Positions 36,079-46,508 of a stretch of DNA of 64,000 bases are shown here, in pieces. The stretch is taken from positions 1 to 64,000 of IMG/VR virus record IMGVR_UViG_3300035227_000232; one strand, written 5' to 3'. A program made the position numbers and the translations under genes. Below the pieces are notes generated by a model that was not told the origin of the DNA, made no database searches, and saw only the letters and a list, made by a program, of their open reading frames with translations. This DNA is from a virus (lineage: Duplodnaviria; Caudoviricetes). Each line of letters starts with the position of its first letter. Position 1 is the stretch's first letter.

Positions 36079-37931
36079 TCGGCTATATAGGGCCTAAAGA
36101 CGCCTACGAGGAGGTTTACAGAGGTTTGATTGACCTAGAATACCGAGGGTATGATTCTTGCGGTATAGCCCTCTTAAATGAATCCTCAGGCCATGTACAC
36201 ATAGAGAAAGAGATTGGACCCCCTTCCTTATCTCTTCCCAAAACAATCGCTGAAAAGAACTCTATCGGGGAAATAAAGGGCGGGGTCGCGATAGGGCATA
36301 CTAGATGGGCTACTCATGGGAAAGTCACAATTGAAAACACTCATCCTCATAAAAGCGCAGATGGAAAGTTCCATCTAGTGCATAACGGAATCATCGAAAA
36401 CCACTCTGAATTAAAGACGATGCTTATCGATGAAAAGTATTGTTCTTTTTATTCTGATACCGATAGTGAAGTTCTAGTAAACCTTATCTCTTATTACTAC
36501 GACAAATTTGAGAGCTTAGAGATGGCCATTACGAAGGCACTATCAAAAGTGGAGGGTACTTTCGGGATAGGGGTTATTTGCTCTGACAGGCCAAACTTAT
36601 TAATAGCAGCAAGGCGTAGCTCTCCCATCTCTATAGGACTGAGCGAAAATGGAAACTACTTATCTAGCGATTCTTCAGTATTCTCTGGCAATTTCTCTGG
36701 AGTCGTTGATCTAGACGACAACAGGATAGCTTGGATCACTGGAAACGATGTCAGAGTGCAGGATTTTTATCAGTCTGAAGTTCCTCTTGAGATTAAGGAT
36801 ATACAGGATCGGCTAAAAGATAATTCTACTGATAGCCATCCTCTGCTGGGCGAGTATTCCTCACATATGGAAAAAGAAATATTCGAACAGCCCGATTCTA
36901 TACGGAGAGCAATAAGAGGAAGACTAAAAGAAGGAAAAATAAAAATACCTTCCATTGAAAAAATTTACCCCGATAGGATTCTGATTATCGGGTGCGGTAC
37001 ATCATATCATGCCGGACTTCTAGGGAAATATTATTTCGAAGACATATCAGGAATTCCTACTGAAGTCGAAACAGCTTCAGAATTTAATTATCGGTCAGTC
37101 CCAAAAGAAGAAAACGTTTTGGCGATATTTATAAGCCAATCCGGGGAGACAGCAGACACAATAACTTCTTTACTAAAATGCAGAGACTTAGGGTATGATC
37201 TTTTTACTATAACAAACTCTGTTTGTAGTACATTAGCTAGAGAGGCTGGCAAAGGAATATATCAATACGCGGGTAAAGAAGTGTCGGTCGCATCGACGAA
37301 AACATTCACATCACAAGCAACGATTCTATTAATGATGGCGTGCTACTTTGGTAAGGCAGAAGCAGATTACATATCCAAGATTCCAGAACTAATAAAAGAA
37401 GTTCTCGAAGGAAATGAAATTGATGATTTGGTGAATTCATTGCCATCTCGAGCAATGTACGCATCTGGACCGTCACTCCAGACATTAGAGGAGGTCATCT
37501 TCCTCGGTAGGCAGTCAATGTATCCCGTGGCACTTGAAGCCTCCCTTAAGCTCAAAGAAGTGTCTTATATCAACAGTCAGGCTTACCCTTCTGGTGAAAT
37601 AAAACATGGCCCCTTAGCCTTAATCACAGAAGATACCCCTGTGATTCTATTCGCTGCTCAAAATAATTTAGAGAAAAAGAATTCCTCTACAAGTAGTGAA
37701 GTATCATTAAGAGGTGGGGAGGTCGTTATAGTAAGAAAATCTAACCAACAGATAACAGGGAAAAAATTTGCTGAAGTAGTAATGCCGGATTGCAATGACT
37801 ACGTTGCTCCGATCCTGTCCGTAATATTCTTCCAACTCTTTGCTCTCCGTGTCGCAATCAGGAAACATCAATTTGAGAACATAAATATAGACAAACCTAG
37901 AAACTTAGCTAAATCTGTAACTGTAGAATGA
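36066..37931 (+). CDS. glmS: Glutamine--fructose-6-phosphate aminotransferase
   Basis: MCGIVG, LEYRGYDS, GHTRWATHG, HNGIIEN, SQSGETADT, VASTKTF and PRNLAKSVTVE motifs. Confidence 0.96.
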   Translation: MCGIVGYIGPKDAYEEVYRGLIDLEYRGYDSCGIALLNESSGHVHIEKEIGPPSLSLPKTIAEKNSIGEIKGGVAIGHTRWATHGKVTIENTHPHKSADGKFHLVHNGIIENHSELKTMLIDEKYCSFYSDTDSEVLVNLISYYYDKFESLEMAITKALSKVEGTFGIGVICSDRPNLLIAARRSSPISIGLSENGNYLSSDSSVFSGNFSGVVDLDDNRIAWITGNDVRVQDFYQSEVPLEIKDIQDRLKDNSTDSHPLLGEYSSHMEKEIFEQPDSIRRAIRGRLKEGKIKIPSIEKIYPDRILIIGCGTSYHAGLLGKYYFEDISGIPTEVETASEFNYRSVPKEENVLAIFISQSGETADTITSLLKCRDLGYDLFTITNSVCSTLAREAGKGIYQYAGKEVSVASTKTFTSQATILLMMACYFGKAEADYISKIPELIKEVLEGNEIDDLVNSLPSRAMYASGPSLQTLEEVIFLGRQSMYPVALEASLKLKEVSYINSQAYPSGEIKHGPLALITEDTPVILFAAQNNLEKKNSSTSSEVSLRGGEVVIVRKSNQQITGKKFAEVVMPDCNDYVAPILSVIFFQLFALRVAIRKHQFENINIDKPRNLAKSVTVE

Positions 37932-38569
37932 ACGAAGAACTATTAAGATATGATAACGAAAAGACTCTAGTCTTTATAGACTGCGAGACTGAAAACCTTT
38001 GTCTGAGTTTTGAGAAAAATTTGCCTTGGCAAATTGCGATGATCAAAATCCGAGGGAATTCAATAATAGAAGAAAAAGACTGGTACGTTAAATGGCCCCA
38101 GAGAGACATTGATGTAAGTAAGGAGGCAGCGAGAGTAACTAGATTTAACTATCAAAATTATATTTCTAAAGCAGTACCTTTCGAAGAAATGAGTGACACT
38201 ATTTTCGATTGGCTTGATGACGCGGATCATATAGTCGGCCATAACGTGTTAGGCTTCGATATCTATCTAATTAGAGAGATGTATCGTCATTGCAAGAGGG
38301 ACAGTGACCATTTAACAGAAAAAATTATAGATACGATGTGTATGGCGAGAGGGATAAAAGGAGAACACTTCTACCAAAAAGGATCAGACTTCTTAGAATA
38401 CCAATACAGGATGCTCCACTTCCGAAAAAGAGGGTTGAGGAACAGGCTAGACCAGCTAGGGGAACAGTATGGTATTGCACATAATTACGATATGCTACAC
38501 AATGCGCTGAACGACTTGCAGCTTAATGTCAAAGTCTGGCATAAAATAAAATACCAAGTAGAAATTTGA
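37928..38569 (+). CDS. DEDDh 3'-5' exonuclease (DnaQ-like)
   Basis: FIDCET, VGHNVLGFD, IDTM and HNALND motifs. Confidence 0.85.
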   Translation: MNEELLRYDNEKTLVFIDCETENLCLSFEKNLPWQIAMIKIRGNSIIEEKDWYVKWPQRDIDVSKEAARVTRFNYQNYISKAVPFEEMSDTIFDWLDDADHIVGHNVLGFDIYLIREMYRHCKRDSDHLTEKIIDTMCMARGIKGEHFYQKGSDFLEYQYRMLHFRKRGLRNRLDQLGEQYGIAHNYDMLHNALNDLQLNVKVWHKIKYQVEI

Positions 38570-38570
38570 T

Positions 38571-38807
38571 ATGGCTTCATTAGATAATGTTTACGATCTC
38601 AAAGATCGACTAGACGAGGAGGGACTAGATTACCTTATAGTCACTTCTAAACATTCCGAAAAATCTGATAAGAGAAGGAGTGATGTTTTTTATAGACTAA
38701 GGACTCAAGATTCTGCCGAATCTCTATATGGGATTGTTAATGATTTATGTGAGAACTTTCACATATTAGAAATAGGCCCCCCACCAAGGAAAAATAAAAA
38801 TGATTGA
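38571..38807 (+). CDS. Hypothetical protein
   Basis: ORF track; operonic. Confidence 0.6.
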   Translation: MASLDNVYDLKDRLDEEGLDYLIVTSKHSEKSDKRRSDVFYRLRTQDSAESLYGIVNDLCENFHILEIGPPPRKNKND

Positions 38808-39462
38808 GTATGATGATGTAGAATTCGAAATGTACGATCTGGACTTGTGGATCGAGGCGCAAGCTAAAGACCAAGGGATAGAGATAAAAGGAGAACAACT
38901 AGAGTTCCTTAAGGAAAAAATCAGAATGTACCCACCCATTCCTGCTAAAGATATGCTTCCCCCTTGGTACACGAAAGACCACATTTTAAGACATTGCTAT
39001 GGGATAAGATGGGTGACTTCTCGTGGATATCTCGTGAGGGCTCCCATTAATTTCATGATCCACAATTTCATGATTAAACCGATGACAGAAGAAGCAGTGA
39101 AGCAAGGGTTTCCGTTCGAGAACGGAGATTTACCGCATGTTTTCAAATGCAACCTTCCTTGGATGATCCGATCTAAGGATGAGAAGCCAATTGATATTCT
39201 TTGCATTACGCCAGCGTATCACTTCAAAAGCGATATAGATATTAGGATTCAACCGGGAATTTTAGCTGGGGATCATAGACTTTCTTATGAAAAGACCAAA
39301 AATAGAGTCGAAAAAAAGGGCGAAGAGATGCCCGATTTTCTAAAGGACCCTTTCGGGGAAGAGGTAAATCCACTCTTTTGTTCTAAACCTATCAAAGACG
39401 AAAAAATGTTGGTATTTAAAGAGGGATATCCGATGGTCCAATTAATCCCGATCTATAAATGA
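38800..39462 (+). CDS. Hypothetical protein (pattern like DUF6065/dUTPase-fold phage proteins)
   Basis: PIPAKDMLPPWY...HCYG...GY...PW...PG...GYPMVQLIP pattern, recalled and not searched. Confidence 0.4.
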   Translation: MIEYDDVEFEMYDLDLWIEAQAKDQGIEIKGEQLEFLKEKIRMYPPIPAKDMLPPWYTKDHILRHCYGIRWVTSRGYLVRAPINFMIHNFMIKPMTEEAVKQGFPFENGDLPHVFKCNLPWMIRSKDEKPIDILCITPAYHFKSDIDIRIQPGILAGDHRLSYEKTKNRVEKKGEEMPDFLKDPFGEEVNPLFCSKPIKDEKMLVFKEGYPMVQLIPIYK

Positions 39463-42035
39463 GTTTCTCAGAGAAATTTAAGCCTTATAATCTAAACCTT
39501 CATGGAGTCAGGCTACCCACGTTTGATACCCCAGAAGGAGAGACTAGTAACGAAGAATTTTTAAGGTCCCTTGGCCTCGAAGGTTTTAGAAAACTAGGAC
39601 TAAAAAAAGGTTCCGAAGAATACAAGAAATATTCTGACAGAGCGAAGCGCGAACTCGGCATCCTCAGGGAACTCGGATTCATCGATTATATCTTACTGGT
39701 ATGGAAAGTCGTCGATTTCTGTAACTCTAATAATATACCCACTGGTCCGGGGAGAGGGAGTGCTGCTGGAAGCCTCATCCTCTTCTTGATAGGAGTTACC
39801 AAGATCGATTCAGTGAGACACGACCTTTACTTTGAAAGATTCGTGTCAAAAATCAGAGCAAAGAAGAAAGTAGTAAATGGAATAACTTATCTCGATGGGT
39901 CATTAATGTGCGATGTCGATCTCGACATATGTTATTACAATCGAGGGAAAGTAATTGAGTTCCTACAAAAAGAATTCGTAGGTAAAACTTCCAAAATCCT
40001 GACTTTAAGCAAGCTAAGTGGCAAAATCCTAATTAAAGATTGCGGAAAAGTAATTTCTGGTAAGACAGAAACAGAGATGAACGGAGTCACTGCTCTAATA
40101 CCTAAAGTGTTCGGCATAGTGAAAGACATCGAAGAAGCATATACCTCTGAGGATTCATTCAGGGAATGGTGTGATGAGAACAGGAAGGTCTATGATATAT
40201 CACTAAAGCTAAAAGGTCTCATTAGGAACAAGGGAGTCCATGCCTCCGGTATGCTTCTGTCAAGAGACCAACTTAGAAAAAATTGCCCAGTAGAATTAAC
40301 ATCTGACAAGGACTTCGTGTCTGGTTATGACATGAACTGGGCCTCTTTACTTAACGTGAAGCTCGACCTACTTGGCTTGCGAAGCGTTACCGTGGTAGAC
40401 GACGTTTGTAAACAGATAGGAATAGATTCTTCAGATATCGATGTAGATGATCCGTCTATTTATAGGAACTTACAAAAACTTAAATGCCCGCACGGTCTCT
40501 TTCAATTAGAGGCAGGAACCAATTTCAAAGTTTGCCAAAAAGTAAAACCCCGGAACATAGAAGAATTGAGTGCTGTCCTTGCTCTTGCAAGACCCGGAGC
40601 CTTAGCCTTCCTAGACCAGTACGCAAAATATGTAGAGACAGGTGAAGCAGTTCCCATACACCCATTCTTTGATGACATTTTATCATCAACGGGGGGAGTA
40701 GCTCTTTACCAAGAGCAGTTGATGCAGATGGCTCACAAGATCGGTTTCACATTAGACGAAGCAGAAGTCCTCAGGCGAATAGTCGGCAAAAAAAAGGTCA
40801 GCGAAGTAAGAAAATGGAAAAAGAAAATTAGAGAAAAAATAAAAGAAAACAAATTAGACCCAGAGATAGGGGACGTCCTCTGGAGAGTCCTTGAAGATTC
40901 GGCTAATTATTCTTTCAATAAGTCTCACTCTATCGCCTACGCTAATCTCTCAGCTACTACTATTTACCTAAAGTTTAATCACCCCAAAGAATTTTTCTTA
41001 TCTCTTTTAAGGATGACGAGATTCGAACCTGATCCTATTTCTGAAATCTCTAAAATACATAGAGAGTTAAAGAAATTTGGCGTTGAACTCCTTCCTCCTC
41101 ACCTTATAAAATCTGATATGAGTTTCTCTATTGAGAAAGGGAATATTAGGTTTGGCCTTCTCTCTATCAAAGGCATATCTGATAAATCTATAGAGAAAGT
41201 GAACAGCTTTAGGAATAAGTACTCTAATAAATTTGAAATTTTTCAAGCAGCACAAGATGCTGGAATCCCTATGGGCATTCTATCATCTTTAATTCAAGCA
41301 GGAGCACTGGAAGGATTCAAGCAGTCCAGAAGTCAAGTCGTCCTAGAATCGCAATTATGGAAAATCCTCACGGATAGAGAAAGACGCTTCGTTATACCTC
41401 TCGGGGAAAAGTTCGAGTATGATTTGCCTAAAATCGCTAGACACTTATGTTCCTTTAAAGATGAGAAAGGGAAGGTCATAATTAAGCCATCAAGAAGAGA
41501 GACTATCAGAAGAAAGTATTCTCCTTACGTCAGGATTTACCAGCAAAACAACAAGTCTAAGAGGTTCGCTAATTGGTATTATGAAAAAAGTTGCTTAGGG
41601 TATGCTTATGATGTCTCTCTGAGGGATATTTTTCTTGAAAAAAAGCCTAATCTGGCGACACTGGACACAGTAGACGAGACTCCTGCGAATTCTATAGTCT
41701 CATTCGTAGGAGAAATAAAAGATGTCTACAAGAGTAAATCTAAGAAAGGTACTAAATATGTTAAATTTCTCATCACTGATGAAACCAACAGCATCGATGC
41801 TTTGTTATTCGAGAATAGCTTCGATAAAGTAAAAAACGTCAATAGAGGCTCTATCCCTGAGAAGGGAAACATTGTAATCGTCAACGGGCGTAAAAAAGGT
41901 GACGCAGTTTTTATAAACTTAATGGGGGCTCAGGATCATAGGGTTTATACTAAGCTATCCGAACTACCCAACGAAATTAACGAAGAAACAATAAGACAAA
42001 TAGATTCTATCTTAGATCAACTAGGAATTAACTAA
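39459..42035 (+). CDS. dnaE: DNA polymerase III alpha catalytic core lacking the PHP domain
   Basis: GPGRGSAAGSL, FERF, CDVDLD, GVHASG, KLDLLGL, LFQLE, LYQEQLM and YSFNKSH motifs; C-terminal OB fold. Confidence 0.93.
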   Translation: MSFSEKFKPYNLNLHGVRLPTFDTPEGETSNEEFLRSLGLEGFRKLGLKKGSEEYKKYSDRAKRELGILRELGFIDYILLVWKVVDFCNSNNIPTGPGRGSAAGSLILFLIGVTKIDSVRHDLYFERFVSKIRAKKKVVNGITYLDGSLMCDVDLDICYYNRGKVIEFLQKEFVGKTSKILTLSKLSGKILIKDCGKVISGKTETEMNGVTALIPKVFGIVKDIEEAYTSEDSFREWCDENRKVYDISLKLKGLIRNKGVHASGMLLSRDQLRKNCPVELTSDKDFVSGYDMNWASLLNVKLDLLGLRSVTVVDDVCKQIGIDSSDIDVDDPSIYRNLQKLKCPHGLFQLEAGTNFKVCQKVKPRNIEELSAVLALARPGALAFLDQYAKYVETGEAVPIHPFFDDILSSTGGVALYQEQLMQMAHKIGFTLDEAEVLRRIVGKKKVSEVRKWKKKIREKIKENKLDPEIGDVLWRVLEDSANYSFNKSHSIAYANLSATTIYLKFNHPKEFFLSLLRMTRFEPDPISEISKIHRELKKFGVELLPPHLIKSDMSFSIEKGNIRFGLLSIKGISDKSIEKVNSFRNKYSNKFEIFQAAQDAGIPMGILSSLIQAGALEGFKQSRSQVVLESQLWKILTDRERRFVIPLGEKFEYDLPKIARHLCSFKDEKGKVIIKPSRRETIRRKYSPYVRIYQQNNKSKRFANWYYEKSCLGYAYDVSLRDIFLEKKPNLATLDTVDETPANSIVSFVGEIKDVYKSKSKKGTKYVKFLITDETNSIDALLFENSFDKVKNVNRGSIPEKGNIVIVNGRKKGDAVFINLMGAQDHRVYTKLSELPNEINEETIRQIDSILDQLGIN

Positions 42036-42036
42036 A

Positions 42037-42594
42037 ATGCAAACACAATTTTATAAAGCGAACCCGAAAGGGACAGGGGCTGCATGTCAGTTCTATCTCA
42101 GCAGTAGCAGTATTATGCTCAGCATGATAAAGCAAGACAGTTGGGACGCAGAAAAGAAAAAGGGCGACTTTAAGAAAAACAAGAACACCCCGACGGGGAG
42201 TCTTTTCATGAAGCTTACTAGAGTAGAAACCGCTGGACTAATAAGAGGGATCGAACGCTGTCAGGAGTGGAGTTGCTATCACCGAAGCCCCACTCAGGAA
42301 GCGTCTCTTAAATTAACTATCTGGAGAGACGATGAATCTGGAGGTAGCCCAAAAGGATATGGAATTACTGGGAATAAGAAGGTAACCACCACAGAACGAG
42401 CAGGGGAAACTGCGTCCTTCTTCGTAACTCTGACCCTAGATGAGGCTCGGTTATTAAAAAGCGATTTAGAAAGCTTCCTTTATGTTACTCTTCAGTCCAC
42501 CGGACATGGGAATAAGACAGGAAAAACGATAGGAGTAAAAGGGAACGCTGGGCCTAAGGAGACTTATTCTAATAGGAGCAACTATCAACAATGA
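42037..42594 (+). CDS. Hypothetical protein, possibly ssDNA-binding (PC4/Whirly-like)
   Basis: Beta-rich pattern and low-complexity tail directly after dnaE; fold assignment is a guess. Confidence 0.35.
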   Translation: MQTQFYKANPKGTGAACQFYLSSSSIMLSMIKQDSWDAEKKKGDFKKNKNTPTGSLFMKLTRVETAGLIRGIERCQEWSCYHRSPTQEASLKLTIWRDDESGGSPKGYGITGNKKVTTTERAGETASFFVTLTLDEARLLKSDLESFLYVTLQSTGHGNKTGKTIGVKGNAGPKETYSNRSNYQQ

Positions 42595-44534
42595 GCGATA
42601 AACTCAAAGTATTAGTTCATACTGATTCGAGCTTAGCAAAAACTGGGTTTGGTCGAAACGCTAGGGCTATACTCTCTCATCTTTATAATACAAAGAAATA
42701 TGAGTTAGTCCATTATTGCATAGGGACACAGGAAAATTCTCCGGTGCTGAAGAAGACCCCTTGGCGTTCAGTAGGTTGTTTGCCTTCAAACCAATCTGAG
42801 TTGGAAAGAATAAATAGAGACCCTACCTTCGCTAGGATGGCTGGATATGGTTCATACTTTATAGATAAGGTAATAGACGAGGAAAAACCTGATGTTTACA
42901 TAGGGGCACAAGATATCTGGGGGCTTGATTACACCGTAGATAAATTTTGGTTTAACAAGATACCTAGTGTAATCTGGACAACTCTAGATTCTCTTCCGTT
43001 ACTTCCCACTGCCGTAGAAAAGGCGAAGAGCATAAAGGACTATTGGATTTGGGCTGACTTCGCCACCAAAGAGATGCACCGTCTTGGGCACAAGCACGTC
43101 AGAACGATGCGCGGATCAGTAGATACTCAATTTTTCCACAAACTTCCAGACTCAGAAAAAACGGAACTAAGGAAGAGACACGGAATCTCCGAAGATGTTT
43201 TCATAATTGGGTTCGTGTTTAGAAACCAACTAAGAAAAACCATATATTCTCTTTTAGAGGGTTTCAAAATGTTTAAATCTCGAGAGCCAAAGGCTCAAAG
43301 AGCTAAACTCCTTCTGCATACTCATTTCTCGGAAGGCTGGGACATCCCTAAGTTGGCAAGCGAATATGGGGTTGACATGGAGGATATACTAACCACTTAC
43401 GTTTGCCGTACTTGTAAATTCTATTTTATTGCAACGTTTCAAGGGCAGGATAAAAAATGCCCCGCTTGTGGATCGGAGAAAGAGGCAGGACTCATCACCA
43501 CTAACACTAATAATGGTGTTACAGAAAGCCAACTTAATGAAGTATATAATCTGATGAACGTATATTGCCACCCATTCACTTCTGGTGGTCAAGAAATACC
43601 GATACAAGAAGCGAAGCTTACTGAACTAATCACATTAGTGACGAACTATAGTTGTGGAGAGGACCTTTGCGTTGATGAAGCTTGCTCTATACCTCTCGAT
43701 TGGAAAGCATACAGGGAACCTAATACTCAATTTATTAAAGCCCAAACTCATGAAAGCTCGATATCTAAACAGTTAGCGAAGGTTTTCAAAATGAAACCAG
43801 CCCAACGAAAAAAGATGGGCGAAAAGGCTAGAGAATGGGTCATCAATAACTTTTCGGTAGAAGTTATATCTAAGCAAATAGAAGATTTTTTGGACGGATG
43901 TGAGAAAACCGATTTTGACTTTAAAAATACGGAAGAGAAAAAAGACCCGAATATACAAATCCCGACAGGGTTAAGTGATAAGGATTGGCTGATATGGATG
44001 TACCACAACATTCTAAAGATGGAGCATGTGGACGAAAAAGATGACGGATACAAATACTGGACTCAAGAATTGGAAAAAGGTACAGACAAGAAACAGATAG
44101 AAGACTATTTTAGACATGTAGCGGTCAATGAAAACAGCAAGGGAGATAATAAAGGCGATCTCACTGACGTCCTTGATGAAGACGATGATGGGAAAAGGAT
44201 GCTATACGTAATGCCTGAGGCGATAGGAGATATATACATATCGACTAGCCTCTTCCGGTCAATGAAAGAACAATATCCAGATTATAATTTATATGTCGCT
44301 GTACGTCCTGAATTCTCAGAGGTCCTAGATGGGAATCCATACGTACATAAGACGATTCCTTATGCTCCGCAGATGGATAGCCTCCCTTGGTTAGAAGGAT
44401 CGAAGACTCACAAAGGTTACTTCAAGATTGCGTTCCTTCCTTTTGTGAATACTCAGAAAATCCTGACTTGGATGCATAACGGATTAACAAACATAGCTTA
44501 CAAAGATTTGAGGTACGAAAATGCACTTGATTGA
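42591..44534 (+). CDS. GT4-like glycosyltransferase with Zn-ribbon insertion, fused to the N-half of a GT9
   Basis: RNQLRK and GGQEIPIQEA motifs; CRTC...CPAC; C-terminal MPEAIGD...RSMKEQYPD...NPYVHK. Confidence 0.75.
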   Translation: MSDKLKVLVHTDSSLAKTGFGRNARAILSHLYNTKKYELVHYCIGTQENSPVLKKTPWRSVGCLPSNQSELERINRDPTFARMAGYGSYFIDKVIDEEKPDVYIGAQDIWGLDYTVDKFWFNKIPSVIWTTLDSLPLLPTAVEKAKSIKDYWIWADFATKEMHRLGHKHVRTMRGSVDTQFFHKLPDSEKTELRKRHGISEDVFIIGFVFRNQLRKTIYSLLEGFKMFKSREPKAQRAKLLLHTHFSEGWDIPKLASEYGVDMEDILTTYVCRTCKFYFIATFQGQDKKCPACGSEKEAGLITTNTNNGVTESQLNEVYNLMNVYCHPFTSGGQEIPIQEAKLTELITLVTNYSCGEDLCVDEACSIPLDWKAYREPNTQFIKAQTHESSISKQLAKVFKMKPAQRKKMGEKAREWVINNFSVEVISKQIEDFLDGCEKTDFDFKNTEEKKDPNIQIPTGLSDKDWLIWMYHNILKMEHVDEKDDGYKYWTQELEKGTDKKQIEDYFRHVAVNENSKGDNKGDLTDVLDEDDDGKRMLYVMPEAIGDIYISTSLFRSMKEQYPDYNLYVAVRPEFSEVLDGNPYVHKTIPYAPQMDSLPWLEGSKTHKGYFKIAFLPFVNTQKILTWMHNGLTNIAYKDLRYENALD

Positions 44535-45717
44535 ATCTTATGCTACCCATTGCGGGTTAAAAATCGATAAACCGTTTATATCGGAGAAATTTTTTCCGTT
44601 ATGCTTCGATAAATATATCACCTTTCATCCTACTACGAAGTCATCTAGATTTTATGACTACTGGCAAGAGGTAGTCTCAATCCTCGCCCCATATTTAGCA
44701 GAGGCGGATATTAGGATTCTTCAATTAGGAACACAAGCTGAACACTCGTATGCCGGATGTAGTCACTTGCAAGGACAAACTAACATTGGCCAAACTGCAT
44801 ACGTACTAAGGGGAGCAATGCTGCACTTGGGCTGCGATAGCTTTCCTACTCACATGGCGAGTGGACTCAATAAAAAAATAGTTTCTACTTACGGGGTTTG
44901 TTCTCCGGGTAATACAACTCCCTACTGGGGAAATCCAGATGACCATAGGCTTTTTCATCCAGACAGGAAAGGAGAGTCTCCGTGTTATAGCAATGAAGAT
45001 GATCCGAAGATGATTAATAATCTGAAGCCTGAAGATATAGCAAGATCAGTATGCGATCTCTTAGGACTAGAGTTCGATTACCCATACAGAACTCTTTATT
45101 TAGGCCCTACTTATTCGAGTAGACTCGTAGAATCAGTTCCCGATTCTTTGGTAGATATAAAAAATCTTGGAATCGATAACCTTATCATTCGAATGGATTA
45201 TTCGTTTGATGAGGATATATTATCTAAGCAATTGCAACTAAACCACTGCTCCATCATTACTGATAAGCCTATCAGTGAAGACATTTTAAGGAACTTCAAT
45301 AAACAGATCAGTGAAGTCATATATATCTTAGACGAAAACCATAGCCCCGAATTTGCGAAGCTTGTCCAAGGGCTTAATATAAAGATGATGCTTCTTTCGG
45401 CTCTCGATGAAGAAAAAATAAATGACATCAAGATTCCCTATTTAGACTTTGATTCTGTGATAACCGAAAAACAAAAATTTAAAATCGAAGAAGTATCGAA
45501 GGAAGGAAACCCACTAGCTGTTTTTAAAGACAAGAAACTAGACGATCTTTTTTATAAATCTTCTAAAGTAACCCTCAGCAAAGAAAAAGTATATTTGAGT
45601 AAGTTAGATTGGCAGAATGGAGACAGTGTTGAATCAACAGACGATATAAGACCAGTAATTAATATAGAAGAATTCTGGTATGACCTAGAATACATGACAA
45701 TATTGGAGAAAATATAA
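44521..45717 (+). CDS. C-half of GT9 glycosyltransferase plus unknown C-terminal domain
   Basis: ITFHP...YWQEV...ILQLG...HLGCDSFPTHMASG...YG motif. Confidence 0.7.
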   Translation: MHLIESYATHCGLKIDKPFISEKFFPLCFDKYITFHPTTKSSRFYDYWQEVVSILAPYLAEADIRILQLGTQAEHSYAGCSHLQGQTNIGQTAYVLRGAMLHLGCDSFPTHMASGLNKKIVSTYGVCSPGNTTPYWGNPDDHRLFHPDRKGESPCYSNEDDPKMINNLKPEDIARSVCDLLGLEFDYPYRTLYLGPTYSSRLVESVPDSLVDIKNLGIDNLIIRMDYSFDEDILSKQLQLNHCSIITDKPISEDILRNFNKQISEVIYILDENHSPEFAKLVQGLNIKMMLLSALDEEKINDIKIPYLDFDSVITEKQKFKIEEVSKEGNPLAVFKDKKLDDLFYKSSKVTLSKEKVYLSKLDWQNGDSVESTDDIRPVINIEEFWYDLEYMTILEKI

Positions 45718-46508
45718 TGAGCAACCCTATGGAACTAAATAAAAATACATCAGCCGATACGAGAGACAATCGCGGGCTGATGAATAATGAACATATAGAA
45801 TACAAATTTAATGAAGACGGCTCTATTGATTGGAGAGCTATGGTCTCAGAGAAATATCTTTACCCGAATAGACAATGGTTCGAGAGCAGAGAGAAGACTG
45901 TTCCTACTTCTATAGAAGGTCTCAAAGACAATCAGCTTCTCATCATGATAGGGGGGCTGAAGGAACTCGCTCAAGTAAGAGGTTATTCGAGCGTGTCATA
46001 TCAAGTTTATACAGCCGAACCTGATTTCGTAACAGTTTCTTGCCAAATAGATTGGCTCCCAAATTATGAGACTCAAGGTAAGCCAATTCAATTTCAGTCC
46101 TTATCTTGTGCGTCGGTATCAAACACTGACGGTTTCGCCAGATATTACCTACCTGAGATAGCAGAGAACCGCGCTTTTACTCGTTGCGTTCGCAATTTCT
46201 TAAAGATCAATATTGTCGGTCAGGATGAAGTAGCAAGGACACCCCAAGAATTATCGAAGACAGCCGAAACCATCGATGTGACCAAGAAGTCTGTAGTGTC
46301 AGATCAGTTTGAGAATAGGGCGAACGTACACTACATGCTGGAAAAACTCATGAGAGATAAAGATATTTCTTTCGAACAGGTCAAAAAGAAATGTATTAGC
46401 ATGAAGGTAGATGGCGCGGAAAATTTTGAAGGCTTACATAATATCCCGAATATCACCGTCTATGAATTAACGACGGCCCTTCAAAAGTATAAGCCTAAAG
46501 AGAGCTAG
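45717..46508 (+). CDS. Rad52/ERF-like single-strand annealing protein (putative)
   Basis: GGLKELA, VTVSCQI and [14 protein letters not shown] pattern. Confidence 0.5.
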   Translation: MSNPMELNKNTSADTRDNRGLMNNEHIEYKFNEDGSIDWRAMVSEKYLYPNRQWFESREKTVPTSIEGLKDNQLLIMIGGLKELAQVRGYSSVSYQVYTAEPDFVTVSCQIDWLPNYETQGKPIQFQSLSCASVSNTDGFARYYLPEIAENRAFTRCVRNFLKINIVGQDEVARTPQELSKTAETIDVTKKSVVSDQFENRANVHYMLEKLMRDKDISFEQVKKKCISMKVDGAENFEGLHNIPNITVYELTTALQKYKPKES

